Of a DNA stretch of 64,000 nucleotides, positions 43,510 through 58,436 are shown piece after piece (position 1 is the stretch's first letter; each line of letters begins with the position of its first letter). The notes below the pieces were generated by a model, which was given only the letters and a program-made list of their open reading frames with translations, was not told where the DNA came from and did no database searches. The DNA comes from Octopus vulgaris (Eukaryota), in contig OX597823.1 of assembly GCA_951406725.2 (NCBI GenBank), positions 40,052,001 through 40,116,000 of the forward strand. Reading direction: 5' to 3'. The translations under genes and the position numbers were made by a program.

Positions 43510-44680
43510 GCTGTAAATACATGGGCAGTATCATTACTTAAATACTCAGCAGCTTTTGTAGATTGGACAAAAACTGAATTAGCAAAGTTAGTCAGAAGAG
43601 CTGGGAAGGAATTCAGTATGAATGGAGGACTCCACCCAAGGGCAGGAGTAGCAAGATTACTGCTACCTAGAAATTAAGGAGCAAGTGGGTTAATATCAGT
43701 AGAAGACTGCGTGGAGTTAGCTAGCGTAGGTATAGACTCCTATGTTGGTAATAGTGAAGAAAGTTTAATAAAAGCTGCTAGAGTCGTTGCAAGATATAGG
43801 CGAACCAAAACACCAAACGAAATTAAAACCCAGAAAACAGAACAAAAATTATATGACTGGCAGGAGAAGGAGTTGCATGGCAGATTCCGAAAGATAGTTT
43901 CAGCAAATAGTAGTAGTGGGACATGGTTATGGCTGCAGAAAGGAAACTGAAGAGGGAGACAAACAGTTTGTTAGTAGCTGCACAAGATTAAGCATTAAGG
44001 ACTAATTGTACACAAGCCAAGATAGACAAAAACCAAGTAGATTCTCAACGTAGATTATGTAGATCAAGAAAGGAAAGCGTTTCTCATATAGTAAGTAAAT
44101 GTAGCATGCTGGCACAGAAAGAATACTAGAAATGACCTGACAATGTAGGGAGATTAATCCACTGTGAGCTATGTAGAAAGCTAAGATTTGAACATACTGA
44201 TAAATGGTATGCACATGAACCTAGTTAAGTACTAGAAAGTAAGGAATACAAGATGTGGGACTTTAACATTCAGAGTAAGTAGATAAAGAGAACAGAAAGT
44301 GCCAGATAGTTGATTTTACAGTTCCAAATGATAAAAAAAATAATACGAGAAGTATAGAATAAATAGCAAAGTATCAGGACGTAGCTATTGAATAACAGAG
44401 ACTATGAAAAGTGTGGGTAAAATGTATTCCTGTAGTTATAGGTGCATTGGGAACTATCCCTAAAATCTGAACAGATGGATTAGAGGAAATAGGCATAAAA
44501 CCTAGTTTAGTGCAGCTGCTGAAAACAGTGTTATTAGAGACAACCAGGATATTTAGGAGGGCTCTTGACATCTAAGGTTACTTGCTGTAACCCAATGGGA
44601 GGGTTCTTGGCATTTAAGGCTACTTGTTGTAGCCGGATGTTAAGATTCTTTTCTTTTCCAACAGTCTAATCTGTTAGGTG

Positions 44681-44740
<60 letters not shown>
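43510..44740 (+). mobile_element. R4/Dong-like retrotransposon 3' fragment, decayed, (TAA)n tail
   Basis: LHPRAGVARLLLPRN.GASGLISVEDC, WQEKELHGRF, TWLWL.KG, RLCRSRKESVSHIVSKC, IPVVIGALGTIP. Confidence 0.8.
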
Positions 44741-44744
<4 letters not shown>

Positions 44745-45514
44745 GCTCTGATTCAGTACCAAGAAGCCCTCATGCAGTACCAGGATATTCTGGTAATTGG
44801 AAGTGTTAGCATGTACATGTTTTGTCTTGGTGTAAAAGATGGGCTACAGCAAATATTCTGTATAATACCGCAGATTTGCTGGTCAGTTGCTTGACCTTAA
44901 CCAGTTGAGCATGTCGTTCTGAGAATACGTACATCTCTGACTATGAGCAGGACAGTGAGGGAGCATCATAATCATATTCATGTACTGAAAGGGGTTGTTT
45001 GGAGTTTGAATAATTGATCTCTACAAACATGTGTGTTTCGTTCATCATCTTTAAACAACTCTTATTCAGGAACCTTTTGGGCGAGATGGGCTGCTCGATC
45101 CGAAGAAAACTCTAACTGGGCCCCACCTGCAAGGTCGTGCGCAGTTTATCTTGATATGAGATCACCATGCAGCGTGCATATACTTGTGATGCATGTGCCT
45201 GGTGTGCTCTTATAAGACGGGTATATTTGTACCCCAATGTCATTTTGATGACATGCGCTGCTCTCTCACTCAATAATAATGATTTCAAATTTAGGCACAA
45301 GGCCATCAATTTCGTGGTTAGTGGGGTAAGTCGATTACATCGACCCCAGTTTTCAACTTGTACTTGTTTTGTCGACCTCAAAAGGATTAAAGACAAAGTC
45401 AACCACAGCGGAATTCGAACTCAGAACGTAAAGACGGACGAATTGCCGCTGAGCATTTTTCCCGGTGTGCTAACGATTCTGTCAGCTCGCCGCTTTTCCT
45501 ATCACTCAGTGCTG

Positions 45515-45636
<122 letters not shown>

Positions 45637-45639
45637 TTC

Positions 45640-46140
45640 AGTCTTGCTGAGTTCTTTCATAATATCTTCTTTTGCTTCTATGATCTCTGTATTATTCAGC
45701 TCAAATTCTGTGTTATCTATTCTGGTGTTTTTGAACTAAGTCTACTTTCTCCTCTTTTTTCAAATATCTGTTCTTCACTATTCTTTCTTCGGCTTCCTCG
45801 CTGGGATATACTGCTCGTACACTGAGTTCTGTGCATCTGTTACCTATTTCACCTGCATTGTAGCTGTTTTCGTTAACATGAGATATTTGAGTCCTAATTT
45901 GGCTAATTTCAGTGTCAGTTAACCTTTTATTCTTAACGATGTCTCTTTGTACATTTCTTAATTTATTTGCGTCCTAAAAAATAAAAGACAACACAATCAT
46001 GATATGTAATGTTGCTCTTAGACAGATCTTAGGAAATAAGGGAAATGACCTATCAACCATTAATAACCTCATCTACTCCACTGCTAAAGTTGTAACTGCT
46101 CAACTATGTATCAGGACGACACAGAAAACGACCAACCATG
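45640..46140. mobile_element. N-terminal fragments of an R4-like ORF in opposite orientations
   Basis: Minus: DANKLRNVQRDIVKNKRLTDTEI; plus: INNLIYSTAKVV. Confidence 0.4.
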
Positions 46141-46397
46141 TCAATAATTCTTTCTACTATAGGCACAAGACCTGAAATTGTTGGGGAGGGGACTAGTTGA
46201 TTATATTGCCCCCAATGTTTCGCTGGTACTTAATTTATTGACCTCCAAAGGATGAAAAGTGAAGTCGACCTCGGTGGAATTTGAACTCAAAACGTAGCGA
46301 CGGGTGAAATATCGCTAAGCATTTCGTCCAGTGTTCTAACGACTCTACCTGAACGCCACCTTATAACACCACTACCACCACCACCACCACCACCACC

Positions 46398-46443
<46 letters not shown>

Positions 46444-46519
46444 TTAACAATGATAATAATAACCATCATCATCATCATCATTAGTATTATTATCATTACG
46501 AAGTGTCTTTCATGAATAT

Positions 46520-48050
46520 ATTTTGTTACTATTACTTTTTGTTTTGTGTATGATACCGCTGACTTGGATGTTGAGAAGCACGAAAGCTGGCTTTGGGTTC
46601 AAAGACAGGAAAGATATGATCAACCATTTACTTTTTATGGACGACTTGAAGCTTTATCGGAAAGATGAAAACCAGCTGAATTCGTTGATTCAAACAGCGT
46701 ATTGCTTTAGCGCATACACATTTGAATTGAATTTGGGCAGAAAAGTATGTAGCATAGATTCTTAAAAGAGGTAAACTCCAACAAGTGGAAGGTTCGAAAT
46801 TGCCCGCGGGAGGATTAATGAAGAGAATAAAGAAGGGTATAGATATCAGGACATTTTGGAAGTAGGTGAATTGATTGAAAGCTAAATGAACGAGATATTC
46901 TCTCAAAAATATTACAGAAGGCTGAAATTAAGTTTTGAAGACTAGACTAAATGGGAGGAGTAAGTTTCCAGGCCTTTTGGGATATGGTGCTGAGCTAACA
47001 CGATGGAGAACAGAAGAACTGTAATCAAACAAGGAAACTACTAAAAATACATGGTGTGTTCCACCCGAAAAGTTAGGCTTCACCTAACAAGAACGAAAGG
47101 AGGTAGGTTGATGAGTTGTGAAGATGACTATTTAGTATATAAAGAATGCAGAAGATGCACTACTTGCATAAGTAAGTAAGGCAGATCTATTCATACAGAA
47201 AGTAGTTAGGATAAGATGAATTACAAAATAAAGAGAGAAACGAAGAGGGAAAACATTTGAAAATATAAGATGTACGGTTAGTTTTTATGAAATTTAACCA
47301 GGAACACAGATCCAAATATAAAATGGATGTGATTACAAAAGCGATCTAAAACTTGAAACAGAAGCCTTGATATGAGCAGCATAGGAACAACACATGTTTT
47401 GAGAACAAGCTACACCAAGCACAGAATTGAACAATCAGCAGAATTCGACAAATGCAGAATGTGTGGTGAAACTGGAGGGACAGTCTAGTAGTATTTGAAG
47501 TGAAAGTAAGAAATTGTCTCAAAGAAAATACAAGAAAAGGCATGACAATGTCACCAGAATGATTCTGTGGGAACTATGTAACACGTTTGGATTGGAAAAA
47601 GTGAAAAATTGGTATGAACATGAACCAAAGGATATGGTAGAAAAATGACAGAGTAGTGGTACTTTGGGTTCTGTGATCCAATATAATAATAAAATCAAAC
47701 ATAGGAATCCCAATATTGTGCTGACAGGCAAGGGAGAAAAACCGTGTCTGATTACAGACATCAGAATTGACGAAAACGGAAAAACTGATGAGATATGTTG
47801 CTCTGAAGAGAGAAATTAAAAGGCTATGATCAATGAAAAGTGTATAGTGCTCCAATAATTTTTGATGCCCAAGGTAAAATGAGCAAAACAAAATTCTTTT
47901 AAGTGGTTGGAAATAAAAATAGGAAAGATCTAGGAAGCAGTGTTACTTGGCTGTGCAAGGAGTTTTCGCAAAGTCTTCGAGACTTGAAAAGAAGATACCA
48001 CTGTGGTACTAGGAAGTGACCAGCTGGTACAGTAATGGCACCTTCAGCAA
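46520..48050 (+). mobile_element. R4/Dong-like retrotransposon RT-RLE fragment, decayed
   Basis: LFVLCMIPL, INHLLFMDDLKLY, KCRMCG, HDNVTRMILWELC, VLLGCARSFRKV. Confidence 0.8.
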
Positions 48051-48745
48051 TAATAATTCTTTCTACTATAGGTACAAGGCCTGAAATTCTGGGGTAGGGC
48101 TACATCGACCCCAGTGTTTAGCTAATATTTATCGACTTCGAAAAGATGAAAGGCAAAGTCGACCTCGCCGAAATTTGAACTCAGAGCGCAAAACCGGAGG
48201 AAATGTCATTTTGTCGAGTGCGGTAACGATTTTGCCAGTTCGCCGCCTTAACAGCTATAATAATGGTTTCAAATTTTGGCACAAGATCTGCTATCTCGAA
48301 GGACAATTACATCGACCCAAGTGTTCAATTGGTATTTATTTCATCGACTCCAAAAGGATGAAAGGCAAAGTCTCCCTCGGTGGAATTTGAACTCACAACA
48401 TAGAGACGAACGAAATGCCGCTAAGCATCTTATCCGGCGTGCGAACGATTCTACCGGCTCGCTATATATATTGAATATTAAAAATGTGCTAACCTCTTTG
48501 AATTTTAAAGTTTTATTGAATAATAAACCAAATTTTTGGTTAGAAGATAGGTTACCATAAGGACTCTTCTGACATCATCTGTCCTTTGACGAATCTTGTT
48601 TTTCATCTGGCAAGGTGTCCTTTTCCCCGCCGTCAAAACCCCCCACTCCACTCACCAAGCAGTGTTGGTGGTTTTGCCGATTTATTCACCGACAGGGTTA
48701 CTAGTTACCAATAACACTCACTCAAGTGCGACATATCTCTCATAA

Positions 48746-48962
48746 GTTTCATGACATGAAAACTTTATACATATTTTATATGGTATGAAAACCTTGTGTG
48801 AGATTTGTTAGCTGTGAGTTGGATTATTTGGTCTGTCTCTGTCCTGCTCCCAATTAAAACCAACTACAATATCTAGGTTTTATTAACATGTTTATTTACA
48901 GGTTGATGTTACAATTGTTACTTTACATAAATCTGTTATGCTGCATACAGGTAGCTAAGTTA
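48746..48962 (+). repeat. ~220-bp direct duplication (second copy ~51027-51246)
   Basis: Two ~90%-identical copies 2.3 kb apart. Confidence 0.85.
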
Positions 48963-49030
48963 TGTGACTGTGCGTGCGCGCGTGTGTGTATATATGTATA
49001 TGTATATGTATGTATATATATATATATATA

Positions 49031-49400
49031 GGCGCAGGTGTGGCTGTGTGGTAAGTAGCTTGCTAACCAACCACATGATTCCGGGTTCAATCCCACTGCG
49101 TGGCATCTTGGGCAAGTGTCTTCTGCTATAGCCCCGGGCCGATCAATGCCTTGTGAGTGGATTTGGTAGACGGAAACTGAAAGAAGCCTGTCGTATATAT
49201 GTATGTGTATGTCTGTGTTTGTCCCCCTAGCATTGCTTGACAACCGATGCTGGTGTGTTTACGTCCCCGTCACTTAGCGGTTCGGCAAAAAGAGATCGAT
49301 AGAATAAGTACTGGGCTTACAAAAAGAATAGGTCCCGGGGTCGAGTTGCTCGACTAAAGGCGGTGCTCCAGCATGGCCGCAGTCAAATGACTGAAACAAG
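49031..49400 (+). mobile_element. tRNA-head SINE S2, full copy
   Basis: TGGCTGTGTGG A-box, GGTTCAATCCC B-box, CTTGGGCAAGTGTCTT core-like block. Confidence 0.88.
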
Positions 49401-49509
49401 TAAATGAGTAATGAGTAAATGAGTAATATACATATATATATACACATATATGTATATATATACACAGACATATATATGTATATATATATATATACATATA
49501 TATACATAC

Positions 49510-49562
<53 letters not shown>

Positions 49563-49702
49563 AATATGTATATATACATAAATATGTATATATACATAAA
49601 TATGTATATATATATATATACATATATACATATATGTATATATACATAAATATGTATATATATATATATACATATATGTATTTATATACATATATACATA
49701 AA

Positions 49703-50036
49703 GGGTAAAGACCCCCTTCGGTCATGAATGACCATGGGATTGCACCTAGAAAGTTACCTTCCTAGATACAAGTCCGGGCAAGGTTGTTTATGGAAGGCCA
49801 GCAGTCGCCCATGCGTACCAGCCTCCCCTCTCCACGCCACCAGTGTTATCCAAGGGAAAGACAAAGGTCGATACAGCTTGGCACCAGTGACGTCGCAACT
49901 CATTTCTACAGCTGAGTGAACTGGAGCAACGTGAAATAAAGTGCCTTGCTCGAGAACACAACACGCAGCCCGGTCCGGGATTCGAGCTCACAACCTCACG
50001 ATCGTAAGCTCGACGCTCTAACCACTGAGCCAACGC
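49703..50036 (-). mobile_element. tRNA-head CORE-like SINE
   Basis: TGGCTCAGTGG..GAGCTCGAATCCC head, TGTGTTCTCGAGCAAGGCACTT block, CTTTACCCTT tail. Confidence 0.8.
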
Positions 50037-50038
50037 AT

Positions 50039-50520
<482 letters not shown>

Positions 50521-50539
50521 TATATATATATATATATAC

Positions 50540-50594
<55 letters not shown>

Positions 50595-53381
50595 TATATA
50601 CATACATATAAATATATATGTGTGTGTTTTTTTCCTTGTCCTTAGCTGATGTTGTTTTTCTTGATGTCTCATTGGTCGTTTTCCACCAATCACAACCGAA
50701 TCCTGAATCTTGAAAATTCTTTCTTTGACCTAACAACTACGGATAGAGGAATATCATATCCTCCTGGAGAGAACCAGACACTAACAGAAACCATATCTCT
50801 GTCTCGATCTTTCCTTCTCCCTTCTCTCTGTTTTCAAACTTATGTCCTGCATACACAACACAAACACACACATGCCCCCCCCACACACACACACACAAAC
50901 ACTAATGAAAAAGAAATGTTGGTAATTCAGAGGTTTAAGGAAATGAAAACAAACAACAGTACCATATCATAATTTCATGAGAAACAAATCTACGTAACAT
51001 AGCAAATGTATAGAACTTTACATGTGTTTCATATGACATGAAAACTGTATATATATATTTTATATAGTATAAAAACCTAGTGTGAGATTTGGCCAGCTGG
51101 GAGCTGGATTATTTGGTCTGTCTCTATCCTGCTCCCAATTAAAACAAACTACAATATTTAGATTTTATTAACATGTTTATTTACAGGTTGATGTTACAAT
51201 TGTTACTTTACACAAATCTATTATGCTGCATACCAGTAGCTAAGTGTGTGAGAATGTATGTTTGGCAAGAGGAGAAAATATTATACCTTCGTGTTTGGTG
51301 AGATGTGATCTTTTTTGAACACTAGCTCGGAGCAGCATGGCAACCGGCTAACCAAGAAAACCTCTATGAATACTCTGGTTTGTATTTCCCGCACATATCG
51401 ATTTATGACCATAATTTGGCGCGAAACTGTGTGGAATTTTCCATTAATCTTAACACCACACATGCGTCAGAACAATATCTGGCTGAAATATGGGCCATGG
51501 TCACCTCATAAGGGCAATCGCCGCCAAATATGGAGACTTGATATGTTGTGGCCTTTTCTCGTTACTGATACGACGTGTATATATTTTATATAACATGAAT
51601 ATCGTGCACATATTTAATATAAAATGAAAACTGTACATATAACTTATTTAACATAAAAAGAATTCATATAATACATATAAAATGCAACCAATCATATTTA
51701 CGCTTGGTATAGTACATTGATACGGTGCTATTTCTGAAATATTTAAGATATCACCAGATGGTACTATACAAGTAGATGTCTGCGGACGCAGCATTACGAG
51801 GAAGTTATGTTAATAAAATTGAGGGATTTCACCATTTCTCTTTATGCTTTCTTTATGAAATTATGGAATGTTAATGCCCAGCTAAAAACTCCTGGATTTA
51901 GGGTGCTCAGTGCTTCCCTAAGCAGGAGCGAACTCCGTAGTCACACCTCCATGCCTTGGGATATAGGAAAGGAGAGGTGAGATCTTGATCATGACTAATA
52001 CAGTGCGGGTGCAAACAACCGGTGCGATATCACGACTGTTTTTCGACATGACCTTTTGAGATGAATCACAAATTACGTAGGTCGAACTGTGAAGTCATAA
52101 ACCCTCTCAGAAGAAGAAAATCCGTTTTCAAATGCCAGACAGATGGAACTTGTGAACTTCGATCATCAACACTCTGATCGTCTACAGGAAGGAAAACCCA
52201 CCAGAAAACCGATTCCCCTTCATGTCTTCAAGGTTGGGCGTTGGAATAATCACGTTATCCTGAATAAACTTCAAGCATTCAGAATAATCCGCAACACCTT
52301 GGAGAGATAGTGGTTCCTAACCTGGGAAGAGAAAGATGGGGAACGTAGAACCAGGTGCAAACCATAGCCATACACAGTACAGCAAGGAGAAAGAGAGATT
52401 CAAAGCCTTATGTGCCACCAAGCACAAAGTAAGAACTATCGTCACTTTCAATTTTTAAAAATCCTGAAGCGAATCGCTTCCTGGAATCTTAGTCAAGATT
52501 CGAAACCCAGTCTAAATGTTTCTATGAGTCCTTCCTATTGTACTCAGCGTTTGGACTAAGGGATTTATGAGAGTTGACCATCAACTTTAGATAAGCCCTA
52601 CTGTTTCCTGAGAATCCTTAATACAGTTTAATACAGTCGAGACAGATAACAGAAGAATACTTTGCTTAGCTTAATTTAGTTGGACAAATATAAATAAATT
52701 CTTCCTCTTCCACTCGGCGCTACGCTGAAAGAGCAACACTCTTTCGCTTGATACCAGTCGGAAGAAGCTTCTCTTGCATATCACCGAAGGACTATACAGC
52801 TTTCATTTTCTCTACATGTCAACATACAGAGGTAAATTCTCTCACTGTTTCTCTCTCCTTCTTTCATCCATCTTCTAGCAGTCACTCACAGATGAACTTA
52901 ATTACCTACAAAGTAACAGAACTGCGAATAATCTTTGCACAACAACTCGAAGTTGTTTCTTATACAGTGACGGTAAAATAAAGGCCATTTCAAACTATTA
53001 TTTTTAGCCTGTCATTTCTTTGGTATATATAACCGTTATAATTCCTAAATAGCATACTAACCGGGAAAAAAAATTCTAGCTTTCATTAAAACAGATTTTC
53101 AACACACTGCTTCTAAAATACATTTCTGTGAACGAACAATGTTACTTGTCATACCAATTTTTATTTACCTCTTTGAAATTGTATCGATTTAGACATTTTA
53201 TCTTTCTGTTGTTCCATATCTACCATATTTAATTGTTTATGTTTCTTTGATTAAATTGCTCAACTTAGCTTACGTCTTTGGTAAATCTATATTTAATACA
53301 ATATCCACCCATCAACGTCCAATCACACAAATGTGTGTGTGTGTGTATGTATATACATATATATATATATATGTGTATATA

Positions 53382-53412
<31 letters not shown>

Positions 53413-54459
53413 ATGTGTGTATGTTGTGTAACTGAGAGAAAGAAAGAAAGATGGCCGATGGAGCGACACTTTGGGGTTTGCTGTGTAAGTCTGTAATGAG
53501 GGAACGGGTGGGTGGTGGCAAACTAGTTGCTTTGGTCAGGACACACTCTAGCCACACTACTGTATACACACATACGCACGTGCGCGCGCACACACACACA
53601 CACACACAACAGATACACGCGCGTGCGGACACAAACATGATTAAATAACCAAATGATGACAGATATATAATTTAAGAATAAACATTTAACACTCAAAAAC
53701 ATCACTCTATATAAACTGTAAATATATATTTCGTCTCTACCTGCAGCAACCTGTTTAGTCTTTTATACTATTACATACAATCGTCCATGCACAAATAACT
53801 CAGTTGGCAAAATCAGGTCTATTCTACTCAATTATCGATTTTTAGATTTATTGACAACGCTCATTGCGGCAGTCACTTAAACTAGAAGCTATAATTCTTC
53901 ATGGGTGAATAGCAGAATGGTTTGAGGAAGTCTCAGTTTAATTCTTGGCACAATGCCAAGTTTACCATAAATTCACATTCTGTAACGACGCTGATTTCAT
54001 TCATGCGTTCCTGTAAATGGGATATTCAAATTATTGTTCCATTATAAGAGCCATTATTTAAATTTCTCATTTGCATTACAACAGCACACCTCTTCTCCCA
54101 TTGTCTGGAAATGTGGGAGGTCGGCACTTCGACGAAGTAGCAGCTGTTTAGTTACACTATTGGCTTAATGTGCAGATGTCGCAGAAATTAATGCCTTCTT
54201 TTCATTTCTTCGTGATTGTTTCGCCATAAAATAATTTGATGATTTCCTCGGTTACAGAATAAATAAAAGCCTGATAGCATTGGTTTGTGTGTAAAGTTTG
54301 GATAATTCTGTAGTAAGACACCGGCTGGTATTTGAACCGTAGCTCTCAGATTTTTCCAGTCTAGAACCACGACCTAATGTATCTCAACTATAGAAAAAGT
54401 CTTACCATAGAAGGCTTTAACGTCTATGTTAAGTTGGCTTAACCAATCGGCACTGGTCG

Positions 54460-54810
<351 letters not shown>

Positions 54811-55711
54811 TGAAGAAAATACTGAAGGTTAACAAATGCTTCTTGAATATGCTGTAACAGTGCTAATTTTTGGAACATAGTGTATCATTTGAGATAATTT
54901 GTAGATGCGTTCACAGCAATAGTTGCGTAGATTTCAGATTGTTCCATTTAAATATTATGAGATAATAGATACATCCCTCAACTGCCGAAAATTCAGCAGT
55001 TAGAACAGTGTAATTTGCCAACATTCATTTAAACATTGCTATGTCTATAATTAAAACGTTTTTGTAATTTTTGTGATGAGGAATTGTGTCATAGTCATCA
55101 TACGGTATCTGATGATCTGTATGTTGACGAATGGAGACATGATATTTTCTCACAGTCCCTTTTTTAGAGACGGGTGGGTGGGTTCACATAAATATCCGGA
55201 ACGTTTTTCAAGCAGTTGAATTTTGTTGGTTAAAGTAAATTGAACTATTTTTGCTATATTTTGCCGGAACTAGTGGAGGTCCTCTTGACACGATGTTGGT
55301 CATTGTTTTAGGATATACTTCCCATAGGCAATATTTGCCAGCTACTGTATTTATCGGCGTATATGACGCATACTTAAAAAAAGGTAATAATTAAATGTAT
55401 CACTAAATAGTTTTGCATCTAATGCCGCCGTGATATGGATAGGAGGATAAGTGTCATAGACTAGCGAACCAGATGGATCTAAATCGGTTAGGCACCAAAA
55501 TTGTAACTGATTATAGAATACTGAAAAACAAGTCAAATTATCAGAATCTGTTAACCCAAACTTACGAAAATTTACTTACGATACGCTGACAGTTATGTGG
55601 AAATGTCTCACCATCTCATCCTTTCCAAGCAGATAAAAGCTAACTCCTGATTTGTCATGCATTATATAATGGCTGTGTTACCTTTATGAAGTAGTTTTTA
55701 ATTATCTAAAT

Positions 55712-55941
55712 TAGTGGTTCTCAACGGGGATCTATATGATCCTTGGGGATCCATATAAGATTTTGTTGTTAAAAATTATGCACAACACGAAATATTTAAA
55801 CTGTTTTTTAAATACAATTTCTTATAATATTTAGTTATAAAAATATGATACGATCTTTTAAACGTTGAATGACTGAGGGGCCCACCCGAGAAAAATAGGA
55901 ATCAAAAGGGTCCATAGGTAAAAAATAGTTGAGAACTGCTG
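55712..55941. mobile_element. hAT (Charlie-like) MITE
   Basis: TIRs TAGTGGTTCTCAAC / GTTGAGAACTGCTG; 8-bp TSD ATCTAAAT on both sides. Confidence 0.85.
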
Positions 55942-56866
55942 ATCTAAATGAAAGATTCCTCTACAAAGATTAAAGGAATGTTAAACTTTCGTCCTCCTGT
56001 CAGCTATTTGCAAAACTATAGCAGTGGTGCACTATAATGGTGTCTGATTACAGTTACATGAAACATCATAGCCAGAGATGTGACTTTCACATCCTGCATG
56101 GCAACTCTCTTGACCAAAATATAAATAACAATTTTAGGAGCAAAATATAAATAACAATTTTTGGAGCACTCCGTCGGTTACGACGATGAGGGTCCCAGCT
56201 GATACGATCAACGGAACAGCTTGCTCGTGGAATTAACGTGCAAGTGGCTGAGCATTCCACAGACACGTGTACCCTTAACGTAGTTCTCGAAGAGATTCAG
56301 CGTGACAAGGCTGGCCCTTTGAAATACAGGTACAACAGAAACAGGAAGAAAGAGTGAGAGAAAGTTGTGGTGAAAAAGTACAGCAGGGTTCACCACCACC
56401 CCCTGCAGGAGCCTTGTGAAGCTTTAGGTGTTTTCGCTCAATAAACACTCACAATGCCCGGTCTGGGAATCGAAACCGCGATCCTACGACCGCGAGTCCG
56501 CTGCCCTAACCACTGGGCCATTGCGCCTCCACATAAATAACAATATAGTTCATTTGAAAGGTGATAAAGCTGAAATACGGTTCTCCCTTAACTTAATTTA
56601 TGAATCTTTTCTGTTAGGCTTTCACTTTTTGAAATTTCGAAAATGAAGTGAAATGTTTTCCGGAACAACATGAAAAGTTAGATCAATATATCAAATTTGA
56701 AAATTTTCACTCAATTTGAAATTTTCAAAAACTGGACAGCAACAGAAAAAGCCCTTTAGTTTTTCTGTTTGATAAAAGGAATGCAGAACAAACGTTCGAA
56801 CAGGCATGTAAACAATTTACAAAAAAAACCAAAAAAACTGTACGTTATATTGCCGTAATAGTTGAG

Positions 56867-57310
56867 GGATCTTTTCGGTTTGAACGGCAGTTTTTTTCTA
56901 GCGGTGTCATATGAAATTGTCACCCATAATTATGACCCTAGTATCGATCTATTGCATTTCAATCTGTTTTAGGGTTAAGGTTAGAGTTAAGGTTAGTTAG
57001 GGTTAGGATTAGGAGTGGGGGAAGAGTATCTTTTTTTCTTCAGAAATGTAAATAAACCCAATCTATTTCTTAAACGAGGGACATATTCATACGGCACAGA
57101 ATGTTTTCACCTCAATAGACGTCATTGATTGGTTGAAATTGCAGAAATTGAAGAAAAAAACAAAAAATATCTTACAAACTATAGAATTTTCTCAATAAAG
57201 CCAAGAAAAAAAGATGTTTTATAAACACATTCTACCAGTATACAAAGTTTTAAAATGTTTAGTTGCGTGGAAATTATTAAAAAAAACTACCGGTCAAACC
57301 GAAAAGATCC
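56867..57310. mobile_element. MITE with GGATCTTTTC termini and 8-bp TSD, related to 10554-11906; internal degenerate TTAGGG repeats
   Basis: TIRs GGATCTTTTCGGTTTGA / TCAAACCGAAAAGATCC; TSD TAGTTGAG at 56859-56866 and 57311-57318. Confidence 0.88.
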
Positions 57311-58037
57311 TAGTTGAGTTCATGATGACAATTAATACACTTTTTATAGCGAAAATTCTAAAACGAAAGTTCTGAATATAGGTACGCATTGGTTGTTGTA
57401 ACTTGGCTTGTTACTATGGAAACAGGCACAATGTGTCTGTCGTTTACAATTGGTTAAAATTACCCAAAATTTGTAAACTTTAAACGTTATTAACTTTTTA
57501 TTTATTAATTTATGACAAAATGAATTTCATTTCTATAATTAACATACTAAACTACACTAATACACCAAGTTTGAAATCAGTTGGAACAAACTTAAAGAAA
57601 TTGAAAAGTGCTAACCAAACAAAAACGATCTTAGTTTATGTTAAATACATGGTTTCATAATTTATACCAGTATAATATCGCAATGTTGTATTTAAAATAC
57701 ACAGAATAATACTTCCTTCTTCACAAATCCACATGAAATAGGTCTATGATGAATCATACAAAATTTGCTCATTTTACAAAATATCCTTGTAATATTTGGG
57801 CAAATACATTATATTTTTGTAACTATAAATATTGATTTCAAATTTTAGCACAAGGCCAGCAAATTTGGGAGATAGGGCAAGTCGATTACATCCACTCCAG
57901 CACTCAGCTAGAGTTTATTTTAACGATCTCAAAAGGGTGAAAAGCAAAGTCGACCTCGGCGGAATTTGAACTCCGGATATAGAGGCGGACGAAATGCTGC
58001 CCAGCCTGAAAACAAGTCTGTCGGCTCACCACCTTAG

Positions 58038-58197
<160 letters not shown>

Positions 58198-58210
58198 CAT
58201 ATATATATAC

Positions 58211-58257
<47 letters not shown>

Positions 58258-58322
58258 TATATACATATATATACATATATATATATATATACATATATAT
58301 ATACATATACATATATATATAC

Positions 58323-58357
<35 letters not shown>

Positions 58358-58370
58358 CATATATATATAC

Positions 58371-58434
<64 letters not shown>

Positions 58435-58436
<2 letters not shown>

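Noticed and set aside
51720-52750. Possible decayed RT on the minus strand
   Set aside because: Only vague motif resemblance with many stops; cannot be supported without a profile search.
56968-57015. Telomere or chromosome-fusion relic
   Set aside because: Short, degenerate and internal to a TSD-flanked MITE.
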